Assembly: GCA_021817325.1 (NCBI GenBank)
Contig: JAKAVK010000013.1
Location: 7,651 to 71,650 of the forward strand
Direction of reading: 5' to 3'
Origin: Candidatus Micrarchaeota archaeon
GTDB taxonomy: Archaea; Micrarchaeota; Micrarchaeia; Micrarchaeales; CABMGC01
DNA length: 64,000 bases
Shown: positions 19,113 to 28,749 of the stretch, piece after piece
How positions within the stretch are numbered: the stretch's first letter is position 1
How the letters are laid out: each line of letters begins with the position of its first letter
The notes under the pieces: model-generated
Told to the model about the DNA's origin: nothing
What the model saw: the letters and a program-made list of their open reading frames with translations, nothing else
Database searches by the model: none
Made by a program: the position numbers and the translations under genes

Positions 19113-19760
19113 ATGCCAACAAAAGAGGAAATGAAGATCGCACAGGGGATCCATGTCAGGGAGTGTGGCGAGCCCCTGGTTGATATCAGGAGGTACAACA
19201 AACAGATAGTTGTCAAGCTTGAGGAGACGTCTAAAAAAATGCAGGGCCTGAAAGTGGACCGGTGTTTTCTGCGCGATAGCGCAGCCATCCGTCTAAGCCT
19301 TGCACAGGGTTTTCTTCCTGGCAAATACCGATTCAAGGTAATAGATGGTTACCGCCCGCTGAAAGCCCAAAAGGAGATATACAAGAACCTTCTCAAACTC
19401 CTGCGCAAGAGGCATCCAGAGATGACCGAAAGGGAACTTGTCGCTGAGACGGACAAATGGGTGTCGAACCCTGAGAAGATCGTACCGCCACATACTACCG
19501 GCGGGACGATTGACCTGACTATAGTGGACGGCGAGGGCATAGAGCTGGACATGGGAACCGCTGTAAACAAGGTTGATGTGCGCTCATACACTTCAAGCAG
19601 AGACATAACAGCGCGTGCCAGAAAGAACAGGGGAATTCTGATAAAAGCTATGAAAAAGGCAGGATTTGTCAACGATCCGATGGAATGGTGGCATTGGTCG
19701 TATGGTGACTGGAGATGGGCATACGAGAACAAGCGCGAGTCAATCTACAAGCCTATATAA
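19113..19760 (+). CDS. VanX/DdpX-like D-Ala-D-Ala dipeptidase (peptidase M15D)
   Basis: VIDGYRPLKAQ, PPHTTGGTIDLT (HxxGxxxD zinc site) and EWWHWSYG (ExxH). 14 nt after the preceding gene. Confidence 0.78.
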   Translation: MPTKEEMKIAQGIHVRECGEPLVDIRRYNKQIVVKLEETSKKMQGLKVDRCFLRDSAAIRLSLAQGFLPGKYRFKVIDGYRPLKAQKEIYKNLLKLLRKRHPEMTERELVAETDKWVSNPEKIVPPHTTGGTIDLTIVDGEGIELDMGTAVNKVDVRSYTSSRDITARARKNRGILIKAMKKAGFVNDPMEWWHWSYGDWRWAYENKRESIYKPI

Positions 19761-19780
19761 GTAGTGCATGAAAGTATCTC

Positions 19781-20974
19781 CTACTGCTTCCTCATTATTG
19801 CGTAGTATACCTCAATCGTCTCCTCAAGGCTGCTTCTCGAGACCCATTCATTGGGCGCATGGGCGCCTCCGCCAGCAGGGCCGACCCTAAGGACTGGCCA
19901 TCCAGATGAATTGGCAATCACGTTATCGTCTGCTATTGACCTTGCATATATCAGATTGGCAGGTCTACCAAGGACCTCCGTAACAGCCCCCAAAGCCCGC
20001 TGCACGGTTGTATTTCCAAGGTCTGTCACATAAGGCTGCATATACGGGGTCTCCCTTGGCTTTATCTCCACGCCGGCCCTCAATCCCTCAGTCAAACGCC
20101 CATCCTTGCGCATATTGCAAATCATGCTATCCAGCCTCCGCCTTACATCCTCAAGGTCAGAGGCTGTGTTCACTACTTCAATCTCGATCCTTGCGGTATC
20201 TGGTACAGAGAAGCCCTTTGCAATGCCTTCCACCCCTCTTGTGTATATGCTTTCTGTGCCGAGCAGCTCATGGCTCTTCTTGCCCATCGTTGTTATCGCA
20301 GTTATTATCTTAGCTCCCTCCTCCAGTGCATTTATTCCATCTTCCGGCCTGGAACCGTGGGCAGACCTGCCCATTATGTCTATCGTTATGACACCCCTGC
20401 CGGATCTGCCTACCGTGACCAGTTCAGGCCCATCTATCCCATCGGCATCAGCGCGCCTGTATATGGGCGGCTCCCCAGATATCGCAAGCCCGATGTTTGT
20501 CGTAACTATCGGGTATCGACCTTCATTATTCACAAAGTGCCAGGCACCTTTTGAGATATTCTCTTCATCACCCATTATAAGGATGCCGATGCTGGGGGAG
20601 TGTCTTGTTGGAAAAGAAGCCGCCTCTATCATTGCGGCAAGCCCGGCCTTCATGTCCCAAGCGCCAAGTCCATATAACCTGTCACCTTTAACCGTAAGCT
20701 CAAATGGCTCTGTGCGCCAGCCGTCATAGCGAGGCACAGTATCCATATGCCCAAAGAAGAGAGTCCGCGGCGGTTCGTTCTTAAGCTGCGCATACAGGTT
20801 GAACCTGTGTTTCTCGAATTCAACCATAGTTACTTCGAACTGCCGGTCTCTGAGCTCAGTACTTAGCCTAAGCGCCACCGATTCCTCATTGGGAAAGGCA
20901 GAGGGGCAGGATACAAGGTCCCTAAGCAGCTCCTCAGCGCGCTGTGCGCTAGGTCTTCTAATTATGGCTGCCAT
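19781..20974 (-). CDS. M20 family metallopeptidase/deacylase (ArgE/DapE/LysK/CPG2-like), copy 1
   Basis: FGHMDTVP, GAWDMKAG, LIMGDEENIS, GGGAHAPNEW. Confidence 0.82.
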   Translation of the reverse strand: MAAIIRRPSAQRAEELLRDLVSCPSAFPNEESVALRLSTELRDRQFEVTMVEFEKHRFNLYAQLKNEPPRTLFFGHMDTVPRYDGWRTEPFELTVKGDRLYGLGAWDMKAGLAAMIEAASFPTRHSPSIGILIMGDEENISKGAWHFVNNEGRYPIVTTNIGLAISGEPPIYRRADADGIDGPELVTVGRSGRGVITIDIMGRSAHGSRPEDGINALEEGAKIITAITTMGKKSHELLGTESIYTRGVEGIAKGFSVPDTARIEIEVVNTASDLEDVRRRLDSMICNMRKDGRLTEGLRAGVEIKPRETPYMQPYVTDLGNTTVQRALGAVTEVLGRPANLIYARSIADDNVIANSSGWPVLRVGPAGGGAHAPNEWVSRSSLEETIEVYYAIMRKQ

Positions 20975-20986
20975 TCAAATACACCA

Positions 20987-22123
20987 TCATATCTCATCGA
21001 CAAAACTCCTGTATAGTCCAGAGAGCCGCCTTAGGCTGTCGAGAGAAACCCACTCGTTTGCCGAGTGTTCGTTTCCTCCTGCGGGGCCTATTGTACACAT
21101 CGGCGCATTTATCACGTTTGCGATTATATTATCATCCGCAACAGAGGTGCCGTAATTGACAACAGGCTTGCCGACATGCTTGCTCACAAGCTTCATAACC
21201 TCCCTGATGCGCGGCAGTTTCTCGTCGGTCACGTATGGTGGTATATAAGGCGTTTCCCTCTTCTTAATACTTACCTTTACCTTAGTCTGCTTTCTTAGTA
21301 TGCCCTTTCTGTAAAGGCTAAGTATGTATGCTTCTATCCTCTTCTGCGCGGCAGGTATAGTGTCTGGGGGCACCAGATGCATGTCGAGTTCCATCTGCGC
21401 GGTGTCAGGTATCGAGAGGCTTGTGGACGCGCCTTCTATCCTCCTCACGAATATGCTCTCGCAACCCATCTTTGAATGTGTCATCAGCCTGACTGCGCTG
21501 AGGTTGCCGACTATGGCAGAGGCCTGGTCTATGGCGTTTATGCCCCTCTCGGGATTTGCTCCATGTGATGCCAGTCCCCTGATGTCAACGTTGAATACCA
21601 CTCTTCCCCTGCGCCCAAGCGTTATAACGTTTGCGCCTCCGGTGTAGCGGTGCGAGTCTCCAGGCTCCCCTGATATTGCAAGAGAGACGTCCTTGAACCA
21701 CGCCCTCCTCTCCCTCACTGCCTTCCACGCCCCACGTGAGATATTCTCCTCATCGACACATATCAGCACCTTGATCTTCCGGTCGGCTCCCTGCTTGATG
21801 GTATTGAGTATCACCGCGAGGCCGCCCTTCATGTCGCAGCTTCCAAGCCCGTAGAGCCTGTCGCCTCTTCTCGTCAATTTCAGCGGATTCGTGCTCCACT
21901 CGCCATAGGTCGGCACAGTATCAAGATGTCCGTAGAAGAGTATCGCGTCCCTCCCCTCACCCCTATCGGCAAGGATGTTGAACCTGTTGTTCTCGACCTC
22001 CTGGCGCTGTGTCCTGAAGCCGACATCCTTGAGGTACCTCTCCACATAGACTCCAAGCGCCAGCTCGCTTGGAAATACCGAGTTTATCCCAACTATCTCC
22101 TTAAGAAGATTCTCAACGGCCAT
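20987..22123 (-). CDS. M20 family metallopeptidase/deacylase, copy 2 (tandem paralog)
   Basis: YGHLDTVP, GSCDMKGG, ICVDEENIS, GGNEHSANEW. Same architecture as copy 1. Confidence 0.82.
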   Translation of the reverse strand: MAVENLLKEIVGINSVFPSELALGVYVERYLKDVGFRTQRQEVENNRFNILADRGEGRDAILFYGHLDTVPTYGEWSTNPLKLTRRGDRLYGLGSCDMKGGLAVILNTIKQGADRKIKVLICVDEENISRGAWKAVRERRAWFKDVSLAISGEPGDSHRYTGGANVITLGRRGRVVFNVDIRGLASHGANPERGINAIDQASAIVGNLSAVRLMTHSKMGCESIFVRRIEGASTSLSIPDTAQMELDMHLVPPDTIPAAQKRIEAYILSLYRKGILRKQTKVKVSIKKRETPYIPPYVTDEKLPRIREVMKLVSKHVGKPVVNYGTSVADDNIIANVINAPMCTIGPAGGNEHSANEWVSLDSLRRLSGLYRSFVDEI

Positions 22124-22147
22124 AACTACGCACTAATCTACTGGCCA

Positions 22148-23185
22148 CTACAGCCTGTGGCCGCGCGCCAGCATATGTATCCTCATCCTCGTCAGGTGCT
22201 CCCTGTTCAGATATGTGACAATGCTATCTTTAAAAGATTCCCCTATTGTGGCATGTGCGGGCAATATGCCGTAGCCGTCGCCGCTCTCACTTCTTGCGAA
22301 CTGCCTGTGCTGCACCGCAGCCACCTCCATCAGTGTTGGATGCTCCAGATTCGTCTCGCTATAGAGTATTGCAATGTCAGTGGAGCTGATTGCCACATGG
22401 TTTATCAGCGCAGACGAAACCGCCCCATATATCCTGTTCCTCCTATGGTCTACGTTAACCGATGCGCCTACGATCTCCATGATCGGAACAACACCTGCGC
22501 TGGTCTCTATATCGACGCGATCTGCAGCTGCCATTCCAACAACCCTTCCGGCAATCGATGCTACGGAAAGCAAACTGGACTCGCGCGCCAGCATCCTCCT
22601 GACGTCCTCTTCTTCATAATGGAATACGCTAAGCAAGGAGATCAGGTCCGTGACATTCGACTGCGGCAGAGATTGCTTCTCCTGCGGCGAGGGGATCCAT
22701 ATCCTGTAACCTTTCCTTACCGCAGCCCTTATCATTAGGCGATAGTTGAGGTCATAGTTTATCGCCGCATACAGCTCGCATCGCTCTCTCGCCGCATCCA
22801 CCATTGCCGTATGCCTTGCCATGTCGCTGTCCTCAAATGACGCCCTGATCCCCTTGTTTTTCCCGAAGTATACCATTTCATACGGCAAATAGTCGCCATT
22901 CTGCGAATTTATAGCGCCTACCGTGGTCCGCGCCTCTACCCTCACAGGGGCTCCGGAGAAGATGCCTGCGTCCATGAGATCCTGGCGTACCAAAGCCCTC
23001 ACCGTCAAGCGCGTATGCCCCGCAGTCATGCTCTGCGCCTCCAGCATATCGGCCAGGTTGGCGGCATCCCTTCTGGTAGTCACGAGGTCGGTGAGAAAGC
23101 CCCTCCGTTTCTCGACCCCGCTATCAAGTATCTGGCCTATCGGCCCTATCTCATCATGTGAATATTGTGGTTTCCTTATTGCCAT
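22148..23185 (-). CDS. Hypothetical protein, 345 aa (possible GNAT-like fold in the C-terminal half)
   Basis: Long ORF with balanced composition. No family recognised. IMEIVGASVNVDHRRNRIYGAVSSALINHV loosely resembles the acyl-CoA-binding motif A of GNAT/Fem-type transferases. Confidence 0.7.
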   Translation of the reverse strand: MAIRKPQYSHDEIGPIGQILDSGVEKRRGFLTDLVTTRRDAANLADMLEAQSMTAGHTRLTVRALVRQDLMDAGIFSGAPVRVEARTTVGAINSQNGDYLPYEMVYFGKNKGIRASFEDSDMARHTAMVDAARERCELYAAINYDLNYRLMIRAAVRKGYRIWIPSPQEKQSLPQSNVTDLISLLSVFHYEEEDVRRMLARESSLLSVASIAGRVVGMAAADRVDIETSAGVVPIMEIVGASVNVDHRRNRIYGAVSSALINHVAISSTDIAILYSETNLEHPTLMEVAAVQHRQFARSESGDGYGILPAHATIGESFKDSIVTYLNREHLTRMRIHMLARGHRL

Positions 23186-23198
23186 AGACTGACCTAAG

Positions 23199-24551
23199 TC
23201 ACTTCTCTGCTAGGAATTTGGAGAGGCCGCCAGGTTCTACAACCGTTCCATAAGGCGCCTCATAATAGTTTCCTTCCTGCAGTGCCCTAAGCATGTTCTC
23301 GCGTCCGAAGGTTAGGTAGTTGACAAAGAAGCCGTGGCGTACGCCTTTTGGCGTCCTAACTCCGAGCGCCTCGAGGCCATGCGTTGAGATAGTGAGGTTT
23401 TTCGCCTGCCTCGGATCCATCCCAAGCCATCTAGCAGTCATGCGCACCTGGTCCTCTGCATATACCTTCCAGTCCTGCGCCCCTATCTGCGGCACCTGCG
23501 ATCCGATGCAGTCAACTAGCATCATGGTCGGTACGGTGGGCAGTACCAACCTGTCCCTCATTGCCTCAAAAATCTCCCTCTTCTCTATATACGCTATGCC
23601 ATTTCTGTCTATCTTGAATTTTGTGTTGTAATTATTCTCGGTGCGAGGCGAGCGCGGGTCCGAGATGAAGAATGCAAATGTCTTTCCATCAAAGACAACA
23701 GGCATGCGCACACCGTACCTGCTCTTGCCCTGCTCGTTGCTGCCATGGAATATTCCCCTTAGGTATGGAGAGGGATAATAATCCGGGAGCGCCTGCTGCA
23801 GTGCGATAAACTCACTCTCCTGTGGCTCGAACCTTGGCGTTACCGGCATATGGTAGAAGTACTTTCCGTGACCTGTAGCAAACGTCTCAAGCGCATCCGC
23901 ATATATGTCCATCATGTTCGCCGCCGAGCTCTCCATTCTGTGCTCTATGCCGATCAGGCTGAGCTGCGCATCGCGTAATGCAAGCAGCTTCGGGACGGCA
24001 CGCTGCGTTCCCTTCTCTCCCCCTCTCTCAAGACAGAGAAGCATATCCTTTATGTTCTCTATCCGTTCGTCGGCATAATGTCCACCGCCCCTGAATTCGC
24101 GCCTTAGCACCTGTTCCACCATGTCGATATCCGAAATGCGCAGTCTGCTGCCATCCTGAAGTGCATACACCACATCACTGGACAGTACTTTCAGCAGGCC
24201 CCTCTTCTGGTTATCGCTGAACCCTTCAAGCTCTATCACATAGCCTTTGGGATTGTCCTTGTGCGGAAGGCCCAGATCGTGCGCAACTACAAGGTAATCA
24301 TTCATCGCAAGACCAAGCCTGCCGAACATGTTCATTGCTATCTCTGCACTTAGCTGCTCTCTGCTTGGTTGGTTCGGGTTGGGGTGCGAGAACGAGGTGC
24401 TGGCATACATCCTGCCTTCATCCTGCATGCTCCATAAATTATGTATATCTTTGAAGACTATCTTGGTGTCCAGCGCCATCTTCAGCCTTTCAGCACCATC
24501 ATCTATAATTGCGTTTTTAAGCTCTGGTGTGATCCTGTTAGCGATTGCCAT
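23199..24551 (-). CDS. Hypothetical protein, 450 aa, no recognisable family
   Basis: Long ORF with balanced composition, no TM segments, no P-loop, no Rossmann or radical-SAM motifs. 13 nt upstream of the 345-aa ORF. Confidence 0.7.
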   Translation of the reverse strand: MAIANRITPELKNAIIDDGAERLKMALDTKIVFKDIHNLWSMQDEGRMYASTSFSHPNPNQPSREQLSAEIAMNMFGRLGLAMNDYLVVAHDLGLPHKDNPKGYVIELEGFSDNQKRGLLKVLSSDVVYALQDGSRLRISDIDMVEQVLRREFRGGGHYADERIENIKDMLLCLERGGEKGTQRAVPKLLALRDAQLSLIGIEHRMESSAANMMDIYADALETFATGHGKYFYHMPVTPRFEPQESEFIALQQALPDYYPSPYLRGIFHGSNEQGKSRYGVRMPVVFDGKTFAFFISDPRSPRTENNYNTKFKIDRNGIAYIEKREIFEAMRDRLVLPTVPTMMLVDCIGSQVPQIGAQDWKVYAEDQVRMTARWLGMDPRQAKNLTISTHGLEALGVRTPKGVRHGFFVNYLTFGRENMLRALQEGNYYEAPYGTVVEPGGLSKFLAEK

Positions 24552-24812
24552 AAGACATTCCTATATACTCTCCTCAGGTTACCGGCGTACAGTGGTACCA
24601 ACTAATACAGCAACACTCTTTATAAAGATTCGTAACATTCTACGCAATTCGTAAAAGAGGTGGTATCATAAGTGATAGTTTTTACGTCGACATAGATCCC
24701 AATAATCTCTATATGTCTCTAAGTGTGCGCATACTGGGCCAAATTACCACGTAAAGCGTAATAATAATGCGAATATAGTATATAATGCAGGCAGAGCCTG
24801 CCACAGCGCAGT

Positions 24813-26120
24813 TCACTCCCTCTTTGCCCTGGTCCCGATATCCTCCAGCACTACGGTACTCATGAGATCCCTGAATGTCTCCCTCCTCCTGATTAGAACA
24901 GGCTTGCCATTCGTGGTCACCATAACCTCCGCAGGTCTCAGCCTGCCATTGTAAGAGCTGCTCATGCTATAGCCATATGCTCCTGCATTCATCACCGCAA
25001 GGACATCTTCTCCCGCAGTCACCTCCGGCAACATTATGCCCCTTGCAATAGCATCCGTATTCTCGCATATCTCACCGACCACATCGGCCTTGATGGTAAG
25101 CGGCGCATCGGGCTTGGTCACTGCAACTACTTGGTGATATGCGCCATAGAGCGCAGGCCTGATGAGCACGTTCATGCCTGCATCGATGCCCACGAATCTC
25201 TTCTCATACGATTTTACTTCGGTGACGGTTCCAAGTAAAACGGTAGTATCCGCCACGAGGTACCTTCCTGGTTCGATGACGAGCTGTGGCTTTCCCAACC
25301 CATATCTGGCGGATTTCTCCATGAACTCCCTAGATACCAGCTGCGCTGCCTTCTCGATGTCAAGCGGTACCTCGCCAGGCCTGTAAGGTACGCCGAAGCC
25401 CCCTCCTATGTCTATGAATTCTGGCACAATGTCCAGCTCCGACTTGAGCCTGCCTGCGGTATCCAGTATCCTTGACGTTATGGCTGCAAAGTACTCGGGC
25501 TCGAGTACGTTAGAGCCGCACATCATGTGCATGCCAAACCTCTTCACTCCCTCTTCCTTGGCAAGCCTGTACGCCTCCACTATCCTCGAATCGGGGATTC
25601 CGAATTTCGAATCCGGGCCGGAGAGCGTGGTGCCTGGGAATTCTCCCTTGCCAAAACCATGATTGAGCCTGAAAGAGACGCACTGCGGCCTGCCTACCTT
25701 AGCAAGTGCAGAGAATTGCCCGATGCTATCAAAATTTATCACAAGACCCATGTCCAGCGCCTGCTCCAGTTCAGCCCTTGGCACATAGTTGGGCGAGAAC
25801 ATTATGCGCTTCTTGTCTGAGCCTGCCGCAAGCGCAAATTCAACTTCTGCCGGGGAAGAGGCGTCCATCCATGCCCCTCGGTTTGCCAGGGTCTTGATTA
25901 TCGCAGGATTGGAATTAGCCTTTATCGCATATCTTACGACAACGTCATCATAATGCTTCCCGAAGGCATCCCTGAGCCTGGAGTAATTGTCAAGCAATCT
26001 CTTCTCCGAAGTCACGAAAAGCGGCGTTCCATAAGATTCAGCCAGCTTTACCAGCTCCCCTGCCGTGACTCCAAGCTCCCCTACGTTGCGTTCGCCTCTA
26101 CGCTTCTGTCTGAGTGGCAT
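24813..26120 (-). CDS. PLP-dependent fold-III decarboxylase (diaminopimelate/ornithine/arginine decarboxylase family, LysA-like)
   Basis: PLP-Lys motif YAIKANSNP, GGGFGVPY, EPGRYLVA, CENTD. Substrate cannot be assigned by eye. Confidence 0.85.
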   Translation of the reverse strand: MPLRQKRRGERNVGELGVTAGELVKLAESYGTPLFVTSEKRLLDNYSRLRDAFGKHYDDVVVRYAIKANSNPAIIKTLANRGAWMDASSPAEVEFALAAGSDKKRIMFSPNYVPRAELEQALDMGLVINFDSIGQFSALAKVGRPQCVSFRLNHGFGKGEFPGTTLSGPDSKFGIPDSRIVEAYRLAKEEGVKRFGMHMMCGSNVLEPEYFAAITSRILDTAGRLKSELDIVPEFIDIGGGFGVPYRPGEVPLDIEKAAQLVSREFMEKSARYGLGKPQLVIEPGRYLVADTTVLLGTVTEVKSYEKRFVGIDAGMNVLIRPALYGAYHQVVAVTKPDAPLTIKADVVGEICENTDAIARGIMLPEVTAGEDVLAVMNAGAYGYSMSSSYNGRLRPAEVMVTTNGKPVLIRRRETFRDLMSTVVLEDIGTRAKRE

Positions 26121-26151
26121 GATATCATCTTGTAGGGGACTCCTTTTAAAT

Positions 26152-27285
26152 CTAGCTCAGATGCGAAGCAAGCCTTGCCATCTCCACTATCAGCCGCCTT
26201 GTCATCTGCAGATCTGAGATGCGTATCTCCTCACGGGTGGAATGGGGCATCCTCCCGCCATGGCACATGACCAGTATCCTCGAATAGCCTCTCCCTGCAA
26301 GTACATTGGCCTCGAACGTGGCCATTCTCTTCCCCACCTTAAACCTAACCCCTGCTTTCCTGGCAGCGCCTTCCGCCAACTTCATTATCGCATCGTCCGC
26401 TTTGGTATGGAAAGGCGGTTCCCCCTCATCAAAGTCCTTCCTTATCTTATAGCTGCATCCGGTGGCCTTGCATGCGCGCCTAGTGGCGGTCTCGACCTCC
26501 TTCAGTGCTGCTTCAATGGTCCTGTTGTCGAATGCCCGCGTGCCTCCCTTCATAATCACAGAGCCGGGTATCACATTGCGCTTGCGCCCCCCGCTTATTA
26601 CGCCTATATTGAGTATGCTATCGTGCGGCCTCCTGCCAAGCCTGAGAGAGTTTATCACCATTCCCGCAGCCTTCACTGCGTTTGCCCCCTTCTCCGGTTC
26701 CAGAGCCGCATGTGCTTCCCTGCCGTATATCTCTATGTCGAAGAGTGTGCTGCCCAGCGCCTTGTTGATGAATGAGCCCACATCTCCCTCGCTGTCAAGT
26801 ACGAACGTGAAATCGCTCTTTGCGCCATGGGGAAGGTGCTGTACGCCCATGATTCCTTCCTCCTCCCTTGTCGAGAATATTCCGGTAACAGTTGGCCTGC
26901 CACTCATCTTTGCTATGTCTCCAAGAGCCGCTATCAGCGGCGCCACGCCTGCCTTGTTGTCAGCGCCCAGTATCGTTGTGCCGTCGCTTCTTATCCTGTC
27001 TTTGCCCACGATCGGTTTTATCCTGCGATCCCCTGCCTCTACAGTATCCATGTGTGCAATGAAGATTAGTTTTGTCCTACCTCCCTCTAATTCTGCGATC
27101 ACATTACCCGTATTGCTCTGATTCGTCCTGGCAGCTCCGTCCTCGTGCGAAGGCACACCGCGCCTACTTAGCTCTGATCGTATCAACCTGGCAACATCTG
27201 CTTCTCTTCCGCTTGGCGAGGGTATGGAGACAAGCCTACAGAATAAGGATACCAATTCATCTTCATCTTTCGAGCTTCCATCCAT
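26152..27285 (-). CDS. M20 family peptidase (PepT/tripeptidase-like), copy 3
   Basis: FIAHMDTV, GADNKAG, STREEEG. The track start at 27360 would overlap the GNAT gene by 98 nt. ATG at 27285 (MDGSSKDEDE) leaves a 23-nt overlap. Alternatives at 27303 and 27312. Confidence 0.78.
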   Translation of the reverse strand: MDGSSKDEDELVSLFCRLVSIPSPSGREADVARLIRSELSRRGVPSHEDGAARTNQSNTGNVIAELEGGRTKLIFIAHMDTVEAGDRRIKPIVGKDRIRSDGTTILGADNKAGVAPLIAALGDIAKMSGRPTVTGIFSTREEEGIMGVQHLPHGAKSDFTFVLDSEGDVGSFINKALGSTLFDIEIYGREAHAALEPEKGANAVKAAGMVINSLRLGRRPHDSILNIGVISGGRKRNVIPGSVIMKGGTRAFDNRTIEAALKEVETATRRACKATGCSYKIRKDFDEGEPPFHTKADDAIMKLAEGAARKAGVRFKVGKRMATFEANVLAGRGYSRILVMCHGGRMPHSTREEIRISDLQMTRRLIVEMARLASHLS

Positions 27286-27943
27286 TGCCTCTAAATGAGG
27301 CATATAAGTCATATAAATGTGTCTGTACGTCTCCGCTGTATAGTACAAAACTCGGACCAAGCCTCTTTACGTCGTGCTCCAGCTTCTCAGGCAGTCTCTC
27401 TACCACTGACATTAACGGACGTTCGCCATCGAAAAGCAGCATCTCGCGCATGCCAAGGCCGCTGTCGGATGTGGCCAGTGTCTTCCCGCGTGCATTATTG
27501 CCGCTGTGCCAAAAGAAGCTGTACCCTTCCATCCCTGTGTGCTGTGCATACTGTTTTGCAAAATATACGCTTGCGGAGACGAGTACTGCAGAGAGCCCAG
27601 TTCTCTGAGAACTCTCATCAACTGCAACGGATTTTATCTCAAAGCCGGACATCCTCCCAGGAACTGCGACAGGCTCACACAAATGGCTGGTTGCATGTCC
27701 GATTATCCTACCATCGACTGTAGCAACAACCGATGTGCCAGTGCCTATCCATTTCCCAGCCAGCTCAGGCGTTATCCTAGACAGCCCTCCGGGTGAAGCT
27801 CTATCATTTATGAAATCCACAAGACTATGTATGTCCTCCTGTGTAGTCCTCCTCACTACAGTATCTCCTGCTGTATCATGCCTCACCAATGAGCGCATCT
27901 CTGGAATATTGGCAGAGCGTATCAAGGTCCGCATCCAAATCAA
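27263..27943 (-). CDS. GNAT-family N-acetyltransferase
   Basis: Motif A VAVDESSQRTGLSAVLV (Q/RxxGxG/A). 226 aa. Confidence 0.7.
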   Translation of the reverse strand: MIWMRTLIRSANIPEMRSLVRHDTAGDTVVRRTTQEDIHSLVDFINDRASPGGLSRITPELAGKWIGTGTSVVATVDGRIIGHATSHLCEPVAVPGRMSGFEIKSVAVDESSQRTGLSAVLVSASVYFAKQYAQHTGMEGYSFFWHSGNNARGKTLATSDSGLGMREMLLFDGERPLMSVVERLPEKLEHDVKRLGPSFVLYSGDVQTHLYDLYASFRGNGWKLER

Positions 27944-27984
27944 ATCCTAAAGCCCTTCTACACTTCAAATGGGTGCATGTGCAA

Positions 27985-27994
27985 TAACCGGTTA
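27985..27994. promoter_or_regulatory. Perfect 10-bp palindrome TAACCGGTTA inside an imperfect larger inverted repeat (27971-28017), upstream of the GNAT-led gene array
   Basis: Read directly: GGGTGCATGTG-caaTAACCGGTTAccgagtgaac-CACATccCACCC. Lies 40-75 nt upstream of the ATG at 27943. Confidence 0.3.
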
Positions 27995-28278
27995 CCGAGT
28001 GAACCCACATCCCACCCTCGAAGAATGTCCACTCTTCACCTGCCAATGCACAGCATTATGCAATTCTATTTGCATCCCTTCCTAAGAAGTATGCAGCTCA
28101 TATGGTATTTAAACCTTTGCAATTGTTTTACGATATTCGCAAATCGTGCCGGTGCAGCCTTGCAACCTAATCTTACGTCGGAGGAATGGGAACGCATGCA
28201 AATCCACGTAGCACAATAGTTCAGGCAGCTATAAATATGCATAAGTATTCGTATTTATTTTACGATAACCGCAACAAA

Positions 28279-28674
28279 CTACTTGAGCACCATGCTGGTC
28301 GAAGTATCTACAACACCATCGACTGCGCGTATCCTCTCTATAACGCTATTGAGTTCGTCTATGCTCTTTGCCCGCACAAAGCAGATTATGTCGTAATTGC
28401 CTGATATCTCATAGACGCGGTCTGCGCCAATATCCCGTATTGCATTGGAGATTCTATCCGTCGGCACTGATTGCGCAGTGGCTACAAGCACAATGGCACG
28501 GGTGCTGTCCTTCACTTCAACCGTAAACCGCTCTATGACCTTCTCTTCTACCAGTTTCTTCACCCGCGCCCTCACCGCGCCCTCTGTCAGGCCCAGATGC
28601 TTGCCAAGTTTCACGAAAGGCATCCTGCCATCCCTCCGGAGCAATGCTATTATCTTCTCGTCAACCGTGTCCAT
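28279..28674 (-). CDS. Lrp/AsnC-family transcriptional regulator
   Basis: MDTVDEKIIALLRRDGRMPFVKLGKHLGLTEGAVRARVKKLVEEKVIERF (wHTH) plus a RAM-like C-terminus. Trimmed from the track ORF; ATG confirmed at 28674. Confidence 0.9.
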   Translation of the reverse strand: MDTVDEKIIALLRRDGRMPFVKLGKHLGLTEGAVRARVKKLVEEKVIERFTVEVKDSTRAIVLVATAQSVPTDRISNAIRDIGADRVYEISGNYDIICFVRAKSIDELNSVIERIRAVDGVVDTSTSMVLK

Positions 28675-28694
28675 ATGATATGATTGATTACCGC

Positions 28695-28709
28695 CAAAAT
28701 ATTTAAATT
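28695..28709 (-). promoter_or_regulatory. TATA-like box for the Lrp gene
   Basis: caaaatatttaaatt, 21-35 nt upstream of ATG 28674. Implies a leaderless or short-leader transcript. Confidence 0.4.
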
Positions 28710-28726
28710 GAACCGAAATTGAACCG
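28705..28726. repeat. Perfect tandem direct repeat, 2 x 11 nt (AAATTGAACCG AAATTGAACCG), in a divergent promoter region
   Basis: Read directly at 28705-28715 and 28716-28726, between the two TATA-like boxes. Confidence 0.9.
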
Positions 28727-28749
28727 TGCGCTTTCCGGGCTGGGAGCAA

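Noticed and set aside
21926-22738. 270-aa plus-strand ORF spanning the junction of the M20 gene and the 345-aa ORF
   Set aside because: It is antisense to two coding genes and rich in Arg/Cys/His/Tyr. This is a typical shadow ORF in ~50% GC DNA.
24789-24803. Small hairpin GGCAG-AGC-CTGCC just after the decarboxylase stop, as a possible terminator
   Set aside because: It has only a 5-bp stem with a 3-nt loop. Archaeal termination relies on oligo-T tracts, so the evidence is too weak.
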